The notes below the pieces were generated by a model. It was not told the DNA's origin and searched no databases. It saw only the letters and a list, made by a program, of their open reading frames with translations. Below are positions 19,904-30,370 of a stretch of DNA of 64,000 bases, piece by piece. A program made the position numbers and the translations under genes. Location: assembly GCA_965204375.1 (NCBI GenBank), contig OZ241986.1:3008001-3072000 (forward strand), in the 5' to 3' direction. Source of the DNA: Candidatus Latescibacterota bacterium (GTDB lineage: Bacteria > Latescibacterota > UBA2968). Each line of letters begins with the position of its first letter. Positions within the stretch are counted from its first letter, which is position 1.

Positions 19904-20659
19904 ATGACACCAACGGATATCACAGATGAAATGCTGGCAACATACCGGCGCGATGGCGTCATAAAAATCCCGCAGATCATCTCGCCGGATGAAGTGGCAA
20001 AATTTCGTCAGGCATCCCTGGATATACTGGAAGCAATGCCAAAAGATCCAAACCGTCCATTTAATCAAAAAGTGAACGTATGGCGAGAAGACGAGGTATT
20101 GCGCAACTTGACGCAACACCCGAATGTCGCCGCAGTCGCAGAAAAAATTGCGGGCGTGCGATTGCGGATCTGGCACGATCACATTTTGGCAAAAATGCCA
20201 GAACTCGAAGTCCCCACAGCATTCCATCAAGACCTGGTGAAATGGCCCTATGATCGCAAGTCCAATGCCCTATCGGCGTGGGTCGCATTGCAAGATACAC
20301 CCGTAGAAATGGGATGCATGTCATTTGTACAGGGATCGCACCAAATGAAAAACGTACCGGACATGGCGACAAATAACCAGGAGGGGTGGCGGGAATTCGC
20401 ACCGGAAATCGCGTGGCGCACCAGAGTAACGCATCCGCTTCAAGCGGGGGATTGCACATTTCATCACGGAATGACATTTCACACCGCGGGACCGAATCAG
20501 ACAGATGATTGGCGGGTGGGATACGTGATTATCTTTGTCGATGCAGCAGCAAAATACACCGGCAAAAAACATGTAGTCACAGATCCCCTGAGACTGGTAC
20601 CCGATACATTGCCACCAGATGATCATTTTCCACCTGTAGCGAAATTTTATGGAGAATAA
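19904..20659 (+). CDS. Phytanoyl-CoA dioxygenase (PhyH) family protein
   Basis: FHQD, WVALQD, GDCTFHHGMTFH; start ATG 19904 after AAGGA. Confidence 0.9.
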   Translation: MTPTDITDEMLATYRRDGVIKIPQIISPDEVAKFRQASLDILEAMPKDPNRPFNQKVNVWREDEVLRNLTQHPNVAAVAEKIAGVRLRIWHDHILAKMPELEVPTAFHQDLVKWPYDRKSNALSAWVALQDTPVEMGCMSFVQGSHQMKNVPDMATNNQEGWREFAPEIAWRTRVTHPLQAGDCTFHHGMTFHTAGPNQTDDWRVGYVIIFVDAAAKYTGKKHVVTDPLRLVPDTLPPDDHFPPVAKFYGE

Positions 20660-20662
20660 AAA

Positions 20663-22087
20663 ATGAGCACCCCCAATATAATTTTAATGATGTGTGACGA
20701 CCTGGGATATGGCGATGTGGGATTTAACGGGAATGAAGTGATCAAAACGCCGAATTTGGACCGGCTGGCGAACAATGGAATCCGATTCACGCGGTTTTAT
20801 GCGGGAGGACCAGTGTGTTCCCCAACGCGGGGAACATGTTTGACCGGGCGGCATTATTTTCGATATGGCGTAACACATGCCAATCGCGGACACTTACCCA
20901 CACAGGAGATAACACTCGCTCGAATGCTAAAATCCTTCGGCTATGCGACCGGACACTTTGGCAAATGGCATCTGGGAACACTGGACCCGAATTATTCGGG
21001 CAAACCCAATCGCGATCCAGCGCGCAACTACGCCCCGCCCTGGGAGCGAGATTACGATGCATCTTTTGCCACAGAGTACGCGGTTCCCACCTGGGATCCA
21101 GCAGTAGATATTAACCAGAGGACCGGAAAGCGTTTGGACCGCCCCTGGGCCTCTCCGTACTACGAAAATGGCGTACTGGCAACGGAAAATCTGGAAGGAT
21201 GCGATTCCCGGGTATTGATGGATCGCGCAATTCCATTTATCGAACAAGCTGTTGAAAATGGCGAGCAATTCCTTACGACAATCTGGTTTCACGCGCCGCA
21301 TAGCCCGGTCGTTGCCGGACCGGAATATCGCGCCATGTACGCCGAATATAGCGAAGATGAACAACACTATTACGGCTGTATCACCGCCATAGACGATCAG
21401 GTAGGGCGATTGTATCACGCATTAGAAGCATGGGGCGTAGCCGACAACACCATGATCTGGTTCTGTTCGGACAACGGGCCAGAAGGCCGCACGGGTCGGA
21501 GTGGCCGCAGCCGGGGATCAACAGGCGGCTTGCGCGGACGAAAACGATCTCTATTTGACGGCGGTGTAGGCGTACCCGCGCTATTGCACTGGCCGGGTCA
21601 TGCAGGACCCGGGCGCGTCGTAGAAATGCCGTGCAGCACACTGGATTACTTCCCCACAATCGCCGAGGTCATGGGATATGAAATACCCGATGCCCGACCA
21701 ATTGACGGCATCAGCCTGATACCGACGATTGAGGGAAACACGACAGAACGCCCCATCACCATTCCATATCGATTCAACAGTCCCAAAAACGCAATGTTTG
21801 GTGCCCCGACCATCTCAATGATCGACAACCGTTATAAATGCTTGACCAACCTGTCGAACAATGGCAGCGAAGATCTGTGTTTTGACATGATTGAAGACCG
21901 TGCAGAAACGACCAATTTGGCGAATGAGCAACGCGAGCGAATGGGACAAACCCGCGAAACCCTGCGCCAATGGCTCCGCTCCTGCGAAGCCAGCCACAAT
22001 GGTGGGGATTACGATGAGGCATTTGAACCGGTCGCGCCATTTGAAGAAGTCACCGGAGACTGGCCCGGAAGAAGAAATAGAAATTAG
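20663..22087 (+). CDS. Sulfatase
   Basis: DDLGYGD, CSPTRGTCLTGR, GKWHLG, SDNG. Confidence 0.95.
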   Translation: MSTPNIILMMCDDLGYGDVGFNGNEVIKTPNLDRLANNGIRFTRFYAGGPVCSPTRGTCLTGRHYFRYGVTHANRGHLPTQEITLARMLKSFGYATGHFGKWHLGTLDPNYSGKPNRDPARNYAPPWERDYDASFATEYAVPTWDPAVDINQRTGKRLDRPWASPYYENGVLATENLEGCDSRVLMDRAIPFIEQAVENGEQFLTTIWFHAPHSPVVAGPEYRAMYAEYSEDEQHYYGCITAIDDQVGRLYHALEAWGVADNTMIWFCSDNGPEGRTGRSGRSRGSTGGLRGRKRSLFDGGVGVPALLHWPGHAGPGRVVEMPCSTLDYFPTIAEVMGYEIPDARPIDGISLIPTIEGNTTERPITIPYRFNSPKNAMFGAPTISMIDNRYKCLTNLSNNGSEDLCFDMIEDRAETTNLANEQRERMGQTRETLRQWLRSCEASHNGGDYDEAFEPVAPFEEVTGDWPGRRNRN

Positions 22088-22096
22088 AGGTACCGA

Positions 22097-23341
22097 ATGG
22101 CAACTCAATTTGGCGATGAACGCGACTGGTTTTTGGAAAAGCGATTTGGTATGTTCGTCCATTGGGGAATTTACGCAATCCCCGGATGGCACGAGCAGCA
22201 CCAGTGGCGCGGACGTATGCCCGCAAATGAATACGTGAAATTAGCCGAGCAATGGAATCCCACAAACTTCAATCCCGACGCGTGGTTAGACCTCGCAGAA
22301 GAAGCCGGGATGCAATACATCATCGTCACAACCAAACACCACGATGGATTCTGCTTGTGGGACACATCACACACGGCATTCAACACAATGAATACGCCGT
22401 ACGGCAAAGACCTGATGGCAATGCTCGCCGATGCGTGTCACAAACGCGATTTCCCCCTGGGCTTCTATTATTCAATTGCCGACTGGCACCACCCCAATTA
22501 CCCCAATCAGGGACGACATCACGAATTGCCCCAACCCAAGCCGGGAGATGATCCCGACTTGATGAAATACCTGGAATTTCTGAAGGCACAGGTATGGGAA
22601 TTGTGTACCCATTACGGAAAACTACACGCATTCTGGTGGGACATGAATGTAGATGAACACTTCGATCCATCCATCAACGCAATGATTCGGTCGCTACAAC
22701 CCGCAGCAGTAATCAACAATCGGGGATTTGATCCCGGTGATTTTGGAACGCCCGAGCGCGATCATGTGCAAGGCATAGATACCCAGCAGTCATTTGAACG
22801 GCTGACCGAAGCGTGTCAATCCGTCGGCATCGAAAGCTGGGGCTATCGGAGAGATGAGGACTATTATACAGACCGCCATTTGATACGAAGCATCGATCGG
22901 TATCTCGCGCGCGACGCAAACTACTTGCTCAACGTAGGCCCCAAACCCGACGGCACAATTCCAGACGCATCCAGACGCATCTTAAAACGCATCGGAAAAT
23001 GGTATCGCGCAGTAGAAGAAGCGGTCAAAGACGTAGAACCCGCGTCGCACCTGACGCGCAATCGCGATATACTATTGACGCGCCGGGACAATGTGATCTA
23101 CGTACATCTGGTAAACGATCCGAGAACAAGCGGGGTAAAACTCGATCCAATTGCAATCGCGCCAAAGAAAGTGACCCTGCTAAACACAGGTGAACCTGTG
23201 GATTTTACGGTGGATCTGGTACCGACCAATCACATAGAGCACAAACCCTATTTGCGATTACAGAACTTGCCAGTGAATAAACTGATCAACACGGTAATAG
23301 TAGTCAAACTCGAATTTGACGAAGTGCCTGATATGTATTAA
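22097..23341 (+). CDS. Alpha-L-fucosidase (GH29)
   Basis: RFGMFVHWG, TTKHHDGFCLWD, WWD nucleophile region, LLNVGP. Confidence 0.93.
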   Translation: MATQFGDERDWFLEKRFGMFVHWGIYAIPGWHEQHQWRGRMPANEYVKLAEQWNPTNFNPDAWLDLAEEAGMQYIIVTTKHHDGFCLWDTSHTAFNTMNTPYGKDLMAMLADACHKRDFPLGFYYSIADWHHPNYPNQGRHHELPQPKPGDDPDLMKYLEFLKAQVWELCTHYGKLHAFWWDMNVDEHFDPSINAMIRSLQPAAVINNRGFDPGDFGTPERDHVQGIDTQQSFERLTEACQSVGIESWGYRRDEDYYTDRHLIRSIDRYLARDANYLLNVGPKPDGTIPDASRRILKRIGKWYRAVEEAVKDVEPASHLTRNRDILLTRRDNVIYVHLVNDPRTSGVKLDPIAIAPKKVTLLNTGEPVDFTVDLVPTNHIEHKPYLRLQNLPVNKLINTVIVVKLEFDEVPDMY

Positions 23342-23346
23342 AACAG

Positions 23347-24369
23347 CTACTCATTCATTGTCTCCAATAGTCGGGCTATTTCCTGTGGCGACGGCAACTG
23401 TCCTTCGAGTTCTTTTGGCAACTGCCTGCTGACATGGTAGGTCGCCACACCAATGGGCTTTCGGGCATCGTGCAGGGCGTATTCGACTACGGTGCGGTTC
23501 TTTTCCTTACACAGGATAATACCGATGGATGAACCTTCACCCTCTTCGCGCACCTGTCGGTCAAGAGCAGTCAAGTAAAACTGCATTTTCCCAACAAACT
23601 CCGGTCGAAATTTTCCGACCTTCAACTCAATCGCTACCAAGCAACGCAGACGACGGTGGAACAACAGCAAGTCAATAAAGAACTCCTCATCACCTACCTC
23701 CAACCGAAACTGGCTTCCCATAAAGGCAAACATCCCTCCCATCGCACGCAGAAAGTCCTCAACACGGGCAATGAGAGCCGTTTCCAGTTCTCTTTCGCTG
23801 TGTTCATCGCCCAATTCGAGAAAGTCAAAAGTATATTCGTCTCGCACCGCCAGTTCAGCCTGTGCGCGGAGTTTTGGCGTCAGGACCTGATCAAAGTTAG
23901 TCTGTCCCAACAAGGACTTTTCATAACTCTGGTTCTCAATTTGATGTATAAGAACATTCTTCGTCCAGCCGAATTTACGGGTCATGCGGATATAAAATTC
24001 CCGTTCCAGCGGGTCCTTGCAGCGTTGAAGGATGAGCAGGTTGTGCGTCCAACCTATTTGTGCAACCAACGGTTGCACTTTTGGCAAATCGCGGTAAAGC
24101 AGGTAAAACTCCCGCATATAGAACACGTTGCGCCGTGAGAATCCACTGACGCCGGGAAATTCGACGCGAAGGTCGTGAGCCAACTGTTCGACAATGGCGT
24201 CTCCATAGGCACCGTCAGCTTGCCGTTCTGCGATCATCCGGCCTATGTCCCAATATAAACCGACCAATTCCTTATTCACTGCTTTGAGTGCCGCATATCG
24301 GGCAGCACGGACGCGCTCCTTCACTTCCGCAAGGAGACCCGCGTAATCTGATGGCATATTCCTACTCAT
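23347..24369 (-). CDS. DUF1016/YhcG-family PD-(D/E)XK nuclease-domain protein
   Basis: LYWDIG, GFSRRN, IDLLLFHRRLRCLVAIELK, SIGIILC; start ATG 24369. Confidence 0.92.
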   Translation of the reverse strand: MSRNMPSDYAGLLAEVKERVRAARYAALKAVNKELVGLYWDIGRMIAERQADGAYGDAIVEQLAHDLRVEFPGVSGFSRRNVFYMREFYLLYRDLPKVQPLVAQIGWTHNLLILQRCKDPLEREFYIRMTRKFGWTKNVLIHQIENQSYEKSLLGQTNFDQVLTPKLRAQAELAVRDEYTFDFLELGDEHSERELETALIARVEDFLRAMGGMFAFMGSQFRLEVGDEEFFIDLLLFHRRLRCLVAIELKVGKFRPEFVGKMQFYLTALDRQVREEGEGSSIGIILCKEKNRTVVEYALHDARKPIGVATYHVSRQLPKELEGQLPSPQEIARLLETMNE

Positions 24370-24396
24370 TGGGCACTCTCCTCTGTATATCAACTT

Positions 24397-24597
24397 CTAT
24401 GAATGGCTTGTAACATCCGGCGGTAGTACCAGAAGTTCCGAAGTGTCATCGACATTTAATTTTTCTTGCTGAAACACGCCTACAACTATTAGATTACTGC
24501 TGCCCAGATATCCAATGGTCAACTTTGGGCTATGATCGAGAAAAATATAACTTTTTGCGTGAAGAGGGTGACGTAAATACAACTTGATGATCATCAT
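24397..24597 (-). pseudogene. Remnant of a phospholipase-D (HKD) nuclease domain
   Basis: KLYLRHPLHAKSYIF...GYLGSSNL...LNVD, as in PLD domains of restriction/SNF2 helicases; only 66 codons. Confidence 0.7.
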
Positions 24598-24637
24598 TTT
24601 TCTTAACTTCTGTTAAAAAATATAAAACAATTTTGTA

Positions 24638-24710
24638 AAATAGAAATTGTGAAAGGTACCGAATGCCAATTCGATTTGGCGATGAACGCGATTGGTTTTA
24701 AAAAAAAGCG
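24638..24710 (+). repeat. Degenerate copy of the fucosidase 5' end (22075-22143)
   Basis: AGGTACCGAATG-CAA-TC-ATTTGGCGATGAACGCGA-TGGTTTT shared; the copy reads MPIRFGDERDWF-stop versus MATQFGDERDWFL. Confidence 0.9.
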
Positions 24711-24724
24711 TGATGGAGTGAAAC

Positions 24725-25681
24725 ATGATGACTATTGGATCAATAGTTCTAGATAAAGCCTTTGAAAAGGCGAGGAGTTCGGTCAGCGAGTCTGTCCGAA
24801 CTCTCCTGGAACACAAGCACCTCTACCAGAGTGTTGAGGTAGACATATCCGTTGACCGTGAAGAGGTCAAAAATTTAGTAGATATGGGTGACGAGTATGC
24901 TACTGAGGATCTCCTCTTTGTCGTTCCGATACATCTGTATGATGAACACATCGATGCCGGATTGGACCACAGCCGCGAGACCTTGGAAGCGGTACCATGG
25001 CGTTTTTGGATTGACCAGCCGGACCCAGGCGACATCAACGGTTCCTCACTGGAGTATAAGTCTCTCGACATTCAACTTCCAGATATCAAGGTTGTATGTG
25101 ACGTCTGCAAAGACACCGTTCAACCGCATAATCCTGTCCGGGTAAACGGACTGGAAGATGGGTTGGCCGCCGAATTGGGGCCCCAGAAACAGATCTTCCT
25201 CTTTTCATATCTGTGCCAGTCGTGCAAACGTGAAAGTGTGATTTACACCGTAAGAAGAGAAGGAAAGAAACTGACGATTGTGGGTAGAAGCCGATTCGAA
25301 TCTGTACCCATACCAGAGACGATCAAGAATCTACCGGAGGCTCGATTCTATCGAGATGCGGTAATTGCTTTCAATACAGGAAGAACCCTGGCATCTCTTT
25401 TTTATTTTCGGACCCTGATAGAGCAGTACTTCCGACGTGTTCTCGCAGTGGATAAGGACGAGAAAATTCGTGGAGAGGATCTTGCGAGAGACTACCGGAA
25501 GCTACTGGATAAAGAATTCCCCATGAAATTTGACACTCTGGGAAACACCTATGACTCCTTGAGCGATGCCTTGCACGCAGCATGTGATGATGAGGCACTA
25601 TACATCAGCGCAAGAGACGACATCGAAAAACATTTTAAAGCCCTTGCTCTTCTCCCCATTTCACAGGCGAATAGAGCGTGA
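24725..25681 (+). CDS. Hypothetical protein: CxxC zinc ribbon plus DUF4145/HEPN-like C-terminus
   Basis: CDVC and CQSC; ASLFYFRTLIEQY...LSDALH; 318-aa ORF. Confidence 0.65.
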   Translation: MMTIGSIVLDKAFEKARSSVSESVRTLLEHKHLYQSVEVDISVDREEVKNLVDMGDEYATEDLLFVVPIHLYDEHIDAGLDHSRETLEAVPWRFWIDQPDPGDINGSSLEYKSLDIQLPDIKVVCDVCKDTVQPHNPVRVNGLEDGLAAELGPQKQIFLFSYLCQSCKRESVIYTVRREGKKLTIVGRSRFESVPIPETIKNLPEARFYRDAVIAFNTGRTLASLFYFRTLIEQYFRRVLAVDKDEKIRGEDLARDYRKLLDKEFPMKFDTLGNTYDSLSDALHAACDDEALYISARDDIEKHFKALALLPISQANRA

Positions 25682-25708
25682 GTGGATATCTCATCTTCGG
25701 AGAGAATC

Positions 25709-26434
25709 ATGCTTGGAGAAATCCAAAATAAAAACGGTGAAAAACTGGATTATACTTTTCACTGTGGAAATGCCGAAAGCAAACACATCGTCGTCCTCGG
25801 CCATGGCGTAACCGGCAACAAAGACAGGCCATTTTTGGTCGCGCTATCACATGCATTGGAAGCCGACGGATTCAACGTCCTCCGTTTCTCTTTTGCTGGC
25901 AATGGAGACTCAGAAGGTCGGTTTGAAGATTCCACCATAACAAAAGAGGTAGAAGATCTGGGTTCAGTCCTGGATGCCTTAAACGGATATACAATCTGTT
26001 ATGCCGGACACAGTATGGGAGGTGCCGTAGGCGTATTGCGGGCGAGCACAGATGCGCGCATTCAACAACTCATCTCTCTCGCCGGCATGGTAGATACAAA
26101 GGGATTTGCACAGCGCGAATTTGGAGATGTCACCCCCGACAAAGGCAACATGTGGGACGACCCGGATTGCCCGCTATCCAGCGCGTATATGGATGACCTG
26201 ACCGCGATTGACACCGTCATAGATCGCGCATCTCAAATCTCGATCCCCTATTTGCTCGTACACGGCACAGAGGACGATGTGGTACCCATTGAAGACTCTC
26301 AGGCAATCTTTGAACAAGCCAACGAACCGAAAGAACTGGTCGTCCTGAACGGAGCAGATCACGTATTCAGCGATGACGCAACCCCCACCATGATACAGGC
26401 CGTTATCAATTGGATTGCAAAACAGGAGTCCTGA
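25709..26434 (+). CDS. Alpha/beta-fold hydrolase
   Basis: HG oxyanion segment, GHSMGG nucleophile elbow, HGTEDDVVP, GADH. Confidence 0.92.
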   Translation: MLGEIQNKNGEKLDYTFHCGNAESKHIVVLGHGVTGNKDRPFLVALSHALEADGFNVLRFSFAGNGDSEGRFEDSTITKEVEDLGSVLDALNGYTICYAGHSMGGAVGVLRASTDARIQQLISLAGMVDTKGFAQREFGDVTPDKGNMWDDPDCPLSSAYMDDLTAIDTVIDRASQISIPYLLVHGTEDDVVPIEDSQAIFEQANEPKELVVLNGADHVFSDDATPTMIQAVINWIAKQES

Positions 26435-27471
26435 TGCCTTATAGAACATACCGAGCCGCGGTAATTGGTCTGGGGATGATCGGCGGTGCTGATCAGGTCT
26501 CAGGAGATGTATTGGGCCAACGCGTAGATGACATGGACGGTACGCATACTTTTGCGTATCAGAACCATCCACGTATCGACCTTGTTGCCGGCTCAAGTCG
26601 CGACCTGGGACGGCGCGAACGCTTTGAAGCGCGCACGGGTGCTGTGACATATGAGAGTTGGCGTGAGATGATCGCCAGCGAAACACTCGATATTGTCAGC
26701 ATAGCGACCTATGCCCCTTTCCACGCGGAAATAGCCATAGCCTGTGCCGAACACGGAATCCCCGTCATCTATTGCGAAAAACCTGCGGCAACCACGGTGG
26801 TAGATGCCCAGCACATGCTCGAAGTGCAAAAACACGGCTTATTGGTCTTTAACCATCAGCGCAGATTTGATCCCAATTACCGCCGACTCAGCGCGCTAAT
26901 TGCCGAAGGAAAACTGGGCACACTCATCTCCGCCTCTCTCCAATGGCCGACGGGACGGTTGGGCAATGTGGGAACCCATGCAATTGACGCCCTCTTGATG
27001 CTCACCGGGCATCGCATCCAATCAGTCTCTGCGACACTTGACCTATCGGGAAGGCCAGATTGCCGCGGCGAGGCATTTCGCGATCCCGGAGGATGGGGTG
27101 TCATGCGTATGGATGGCGAACTAATGGTGACAGTGAGCGCACCCGACTATTCCACGGCACCGCCGCGAACGGAGATCAACGGACATAAAGGACGAGCAAT
27201 TATAGAGGCAAAAGGCATAACACTTGAATACTGGACTGGCGAAACAGAACATTGGCCGCCCCATAAGGATAGCGTTTCCGGGATGGATCGCGCCGTATCG
27301 GAAATCGTTGCCTATCTGGATGATCGCGTCCCATTCTCTTATAACCCCGAAGAAGCTGTCCATACACTCGAAGCCATTGTCGCTTTCCACGCCTCTCACA
27401 AACAAAACGCAGCCTATGTTGATCTCCCCCTATCAGGCAGCGACCGAGAAATTGTCGTGCTAAGCGGATGA
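26434..27471 (+). CDS. Gfo/Idh/MocA oxidoreductase
   Basis: IGLGMIG, YCEKP, NHQRRF, GTHAID; TGATG overlap. Confidence 0.9.
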   Translation: MPYRTYRAAVIGLGMIGGADQVSGDVLGQRVDDMDGTHTFAYQNHPRIDLVAGSSRDLGRRERFEARTGAVTYESWREMIASETLDIVSIATYAPFHAEIAIACAEHGIPVIYCEKPAATTVVDAQHMLEVQKHGLLVFNHQRRFDPNYRRLSALIAEGKLGTLISASLQWPTGRLGNVGTHAIDALLMLTGHRIQSVSATLDLSGRPDCRGEAFRDPGGWGVMRMDGELMVTVSAPDYSTAPPRTEINGHKGRAIIEAKGITLEYWTGETEHWPPHKDSVSGMDRAVSEIVAYLDDRVPFSYNPEEAVHTLEAIVAFHASHKQNAAYVDLPLSGSDREIVVLSG

Positions 27472-27480
27472 AAGGAATCT

Positions 27481-28662
27481 ATGCCGACCATTGGAACACC
27501 GCTTTCACCCACCGCAACCAGAATACTCATGTGTGGCTCTGGCGAATTGGGAAAAGAAGTCGTAATTGAACTCCAGCGCTATGGTGTTGAAGTAATTGCC
27601 GTGGATCGCTATGCCAATGCGCCTGCGATGCAGGTAGCGCATCGGTCGCATGTCATTACCATGCTGGATGGGAATGACATGCGCGAAATCATAGAAAAAG
27701 AACAGCCAGACTTAATCGTACCCGAAATAGAGGCAATCGCCACAGATACACTCGTCGAATTGGAAAAAGAAGGATTCACAGTAATCCCAACAGCCAGAGC
27801 GGCCCGCCTGACAATGAACCGCGAAGGCATTCGCAGATTAGCTGCCGAAGACCTGGGCCTAAAGACCTCGCCCTACCGATTTGCATCAAATGTAGAAGAA
27901 TACCGTGCAGCAGTTCGGGAAATCGGTGTCCCATGTGTCATAAAACCAATCATGAGTTCATCGGGCAAGGGACAAAGCACCGTAAAAAACATGGCCGACG
28001 CCGAAAAATCTTGGACCTATGCCCAGGAAGGAGCGCGTGGCGGTGCAGATGCGGTCATCGTGGAAGGATTTGTAGATTTTGACTATGAAATTACGCTATT
28101 GACCCTGCGCCACGAAGGAGGCACGAGTTTTTGCGCGCCAATAGGACATCGACAGGTAGATGGCGACTATCACGAATCGTGGCAGCCACAGCCAATGAGC
28201 GAGGCTGCACTTGAAGGCGCACAACGGATTGGCAAAGCAATCACCGACGCACTGGGGGGCCGCGGCATATTTGGCGTAGAATTATTTGTAAAAGGCGACG
28301 ACATCTACTTCAGCGAAGTATCACCCCGCCCACATGACACGGGCATGGTAACCATGATCTCGCAAGACCTGTCTGAATTTGCCCTCCATGCACGGGCAAT
28401 TTTGGGATTACCAATTCCGTACATCAAACACCACGGCCCATCTGCTTCGCATGTAATCCTGGTAGAAGGACACTCGCAACAGGTACAATTCGGCAACCTG
28501 AACGCAGCGCTCGCCGAACCCGATACAGAAATCCGCTTATTTGGCAAACCCGAAGTACAGGGGGAACGGCGAATGGGCGTCGTCCTTGCAAGAGGCACAT
28601 CACTGGAAGAAGCGCGCAAAAAGGCAAAAGCAGGAGCGGAAACCGTCAGCATCGCGCTTTGA
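27481..28662 (+). CDS. purT: Formate-dependent phosphoribosylglycinamide formyltransferase
   Basis: [41 protein letters not shown]. Confidence 0.97.
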   Translation: MPTIGTPLSPTATRILMCGSGELGKEVVIELQRYGVEVIAVDRYANAPAMQVAHRSHVITMLDGNDMREIIEKEQPDLIVPEIEAIATDTLVELEKEGFTVIPTARAARLTMNREGIRRLAAEDLGLKTSPYRFASNVEEYRAAVREIGVPCVIKPIMSSSGKGQSTVKNMADAEKSWTYAQEGARGGADAVIVEGFVDFDYEITLLTLRHEGGTSFCAPIGHRQVDGDYHESWQPQPMSEAALEGAQRIGKAITDALGGRGIFGVELFVKGDDIYFSEVSPRPHDTGMVTMISQDLSEFALHARAILGLPIPYIKHHGPSASHVILVEGHSQQVQFGNLNAALAEPDTEIRLFGKPEVQGERRMGVVLARGTSLEEARKKAKAGAETVSIAL

Positions 28663-28683
28663 GATATTCTTTAGCCGATATGT

Positions 28684-28714
28684 AAACTGCCGCGCTTATT
28701 GTGCGGCAGTTTTT
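28684..28714. terminator. Bidirectional terminator between convergent genes
   Basis: AAACTGCCGCGC-5-GTGCGGCAGTTT followed by T-run. Confidence 0.8.
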
Positions 28715-28716
28715 GT

Positions 28717-29922
28717 TTACGACAGAATCAGTCCGGCAACAGCATCTTCATTAAGCGTAATACCCAAACCGGGTTTTTCCGTCAGAGTAACATGCCCATT
28801 TTCAAGCGCCAAAGGCTCTGTAAGAAGCTCATTGCCAAAAGGACCGCGCGCAAAACCGCTGGGACATTCAGAGATAAAGCAATTGGGAGTCGCCGCGCCA
28901 ACATGCAGACCCGCCATGAGATGAACAGGAGTACTGGTGCTGACGTGAGACGCCCATGACACGCCAAACACATCGGCCAATTGTGCGATACGCAGCGTTT
29001 CAGAAATACCCCCAGCCCGACAGACATCGGGAAGAATGAGATCGCATTCCTTGTTCAGCAAACGATCTCGCACGACATAGCGGTTGCAGTCCGTCTCCCC
29101 AACAGCGATTCGAACAGAAGTCGATTGGGTCAACTGCCGGTACCCCTGATGATCCTCGGGAAGAAGTGCATCTTCAAACCATTCTACATTGCCGAGATCC
29201 TCGAGCAACCGGACAAAGCGGAGGGCGTCTTTAATATCAAAACCGCCGTGCGCGTCAACCAAAAGCCTGCCGCGGTCTCCCACAGCCCGGGACATCTCGC
29301 GGACCAGATCCATTTGTTCGTCCATCGTCCCGCGTCCACAGGACGTCTTCACCACAGAAAAGCCCTCGTCCAAAACCCTTTCAATCCCCTCACAACGAGA
29401 TTCAATAGTCTGCCCCGGCGTACCCGATGAATACACGGGAATTTGCAAGCGGTAAGGACCGCCGAGCAACCGCCAGATTGGTTCGTTGTAATATTTACCG
29501 CGTATATCCCAAAGCGCGATATCGATCCCCGCAATCGCCTCCAGCGTAAACCCCTGTGTATGGGAGCGCAGGCGCATCGTCGAAAACATGCGCTCCCACA
29601 AAACGTCGATTGAGCGCGGATCCTCCCCGATAAGAACAGGACGCAACAAATCTTCTACAATCGTTTTGACAACGCGAGGCGCAGCCGGAGCATGGGCCTC
29701 GCCAATACCCTCAATACCATTATCTGTACGCACGCGAATAAGCGCTGTCGATCGCCCCGAAGGATAGACACAGAGATGCCGCGTATCGGCTCTGCCCGAA
29801 AAGGACTGTGTGGATTGGGGCGCGACTTGCGGAAATTTTAATCCTGCGGTATCTTCATATCGCGTCGCACCCTGCTGACGAGCGGTGGAGAGAATATCGC
29901 AGGTAATGGAAGTAATTTTCAT
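28717..29922 (-). CDS. Mandelate racemase/muconate lactonizing enzyme family
   Basis: AGIDIALWDIRGK, LLVDA, WFED, AVGE, PDVCRAGGISE, PGLG. Confidence 0.92.
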   Translation of the reverse strand: MKITSITCDILSTARQQGATRYEDTAGLKFPQVAPQSTQSFSGRADTRHLCVYPSGRSTALIRVRTDNGIEGIGEAHAPAAPRVVKTIVEDLLRPVLIGEDPRSIDVLWERMFSTMRLRSHTQGFTLEAIAGIDIALWDIRGKYYNEPIWRLLGGPYRLQIPVYSSGTPGQTIESRCEGIERVLDEGFSVVKTSCGRGTMDEQMDLVREMSRAVGDRGRLLVDAHGGFDIKDALRFVRLLEDLGNVEWFEDALLPEDHQGYRQLTQSTSVRIAVGETDCNRYVVRDRLLNKECDLILPDVCRAGGISETLRIAQLADVFGVSWASHVSTSTPVHLMAGLHVGAATPNCFISECPSGFARGPFGNELLTEPLALENGHVTLTEKPGLGITLNEDAVAGLILS

Positions 29923-30025
29923 TTTCACCTCTTGAGGTGTGTTGTAAAGAAATACGGATGGCTATGAAAATAGAGTGAAAACTCGCTATTTGCAAATTTC
30001 TATCCACACTGTGTAAGAAGATCTG

Positions 30026-30370
30026 ATGAATGCGATTGAAACCCATATTGACCGAGTCACTATCCAGGCCATAACGCGACTGATTGTCGAACGCTTTGAT
30101 CCGGAGCAGATCATTCTCTTCGGCAGCCATGCACGCGGAGAGGCTAACGAGCACAGCGATTTGGATCTGCTGGTCGTGATGCATACAGATGCAGGACAAC
30201 GCCAACACGGCAATCCTATTCGTAGAGCAATTGCCGAGCGTTTCGTGTTGCCCGTTGATATAATTATTCGCTCCCCTGAAGTCTTTGCCGAGCAGAGCAA
30301 TAATCCATATTCCATGATTCACAAGATGCTGGAAGAAGGAGAAGTGGTGTATGAACGGCGAGTCGCCTGA
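30026..30370 (+). CDS. Minimal nucleotidyltransferase (MNT) antitoxin
   Basis: LFGSHARGE...SDLDLLVV...VDI. Confidence 0.9.
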   Translation: MNAIETHIDRVTIQAITRLIVERFDPEQIILFGSHARGEANEHSDLDLLVVMHTDAGQRQHGNPIRRAIAERFVLPVDIIIRSPEVFAEQSNNPYSMIHKMLEEGEVVYERRVA

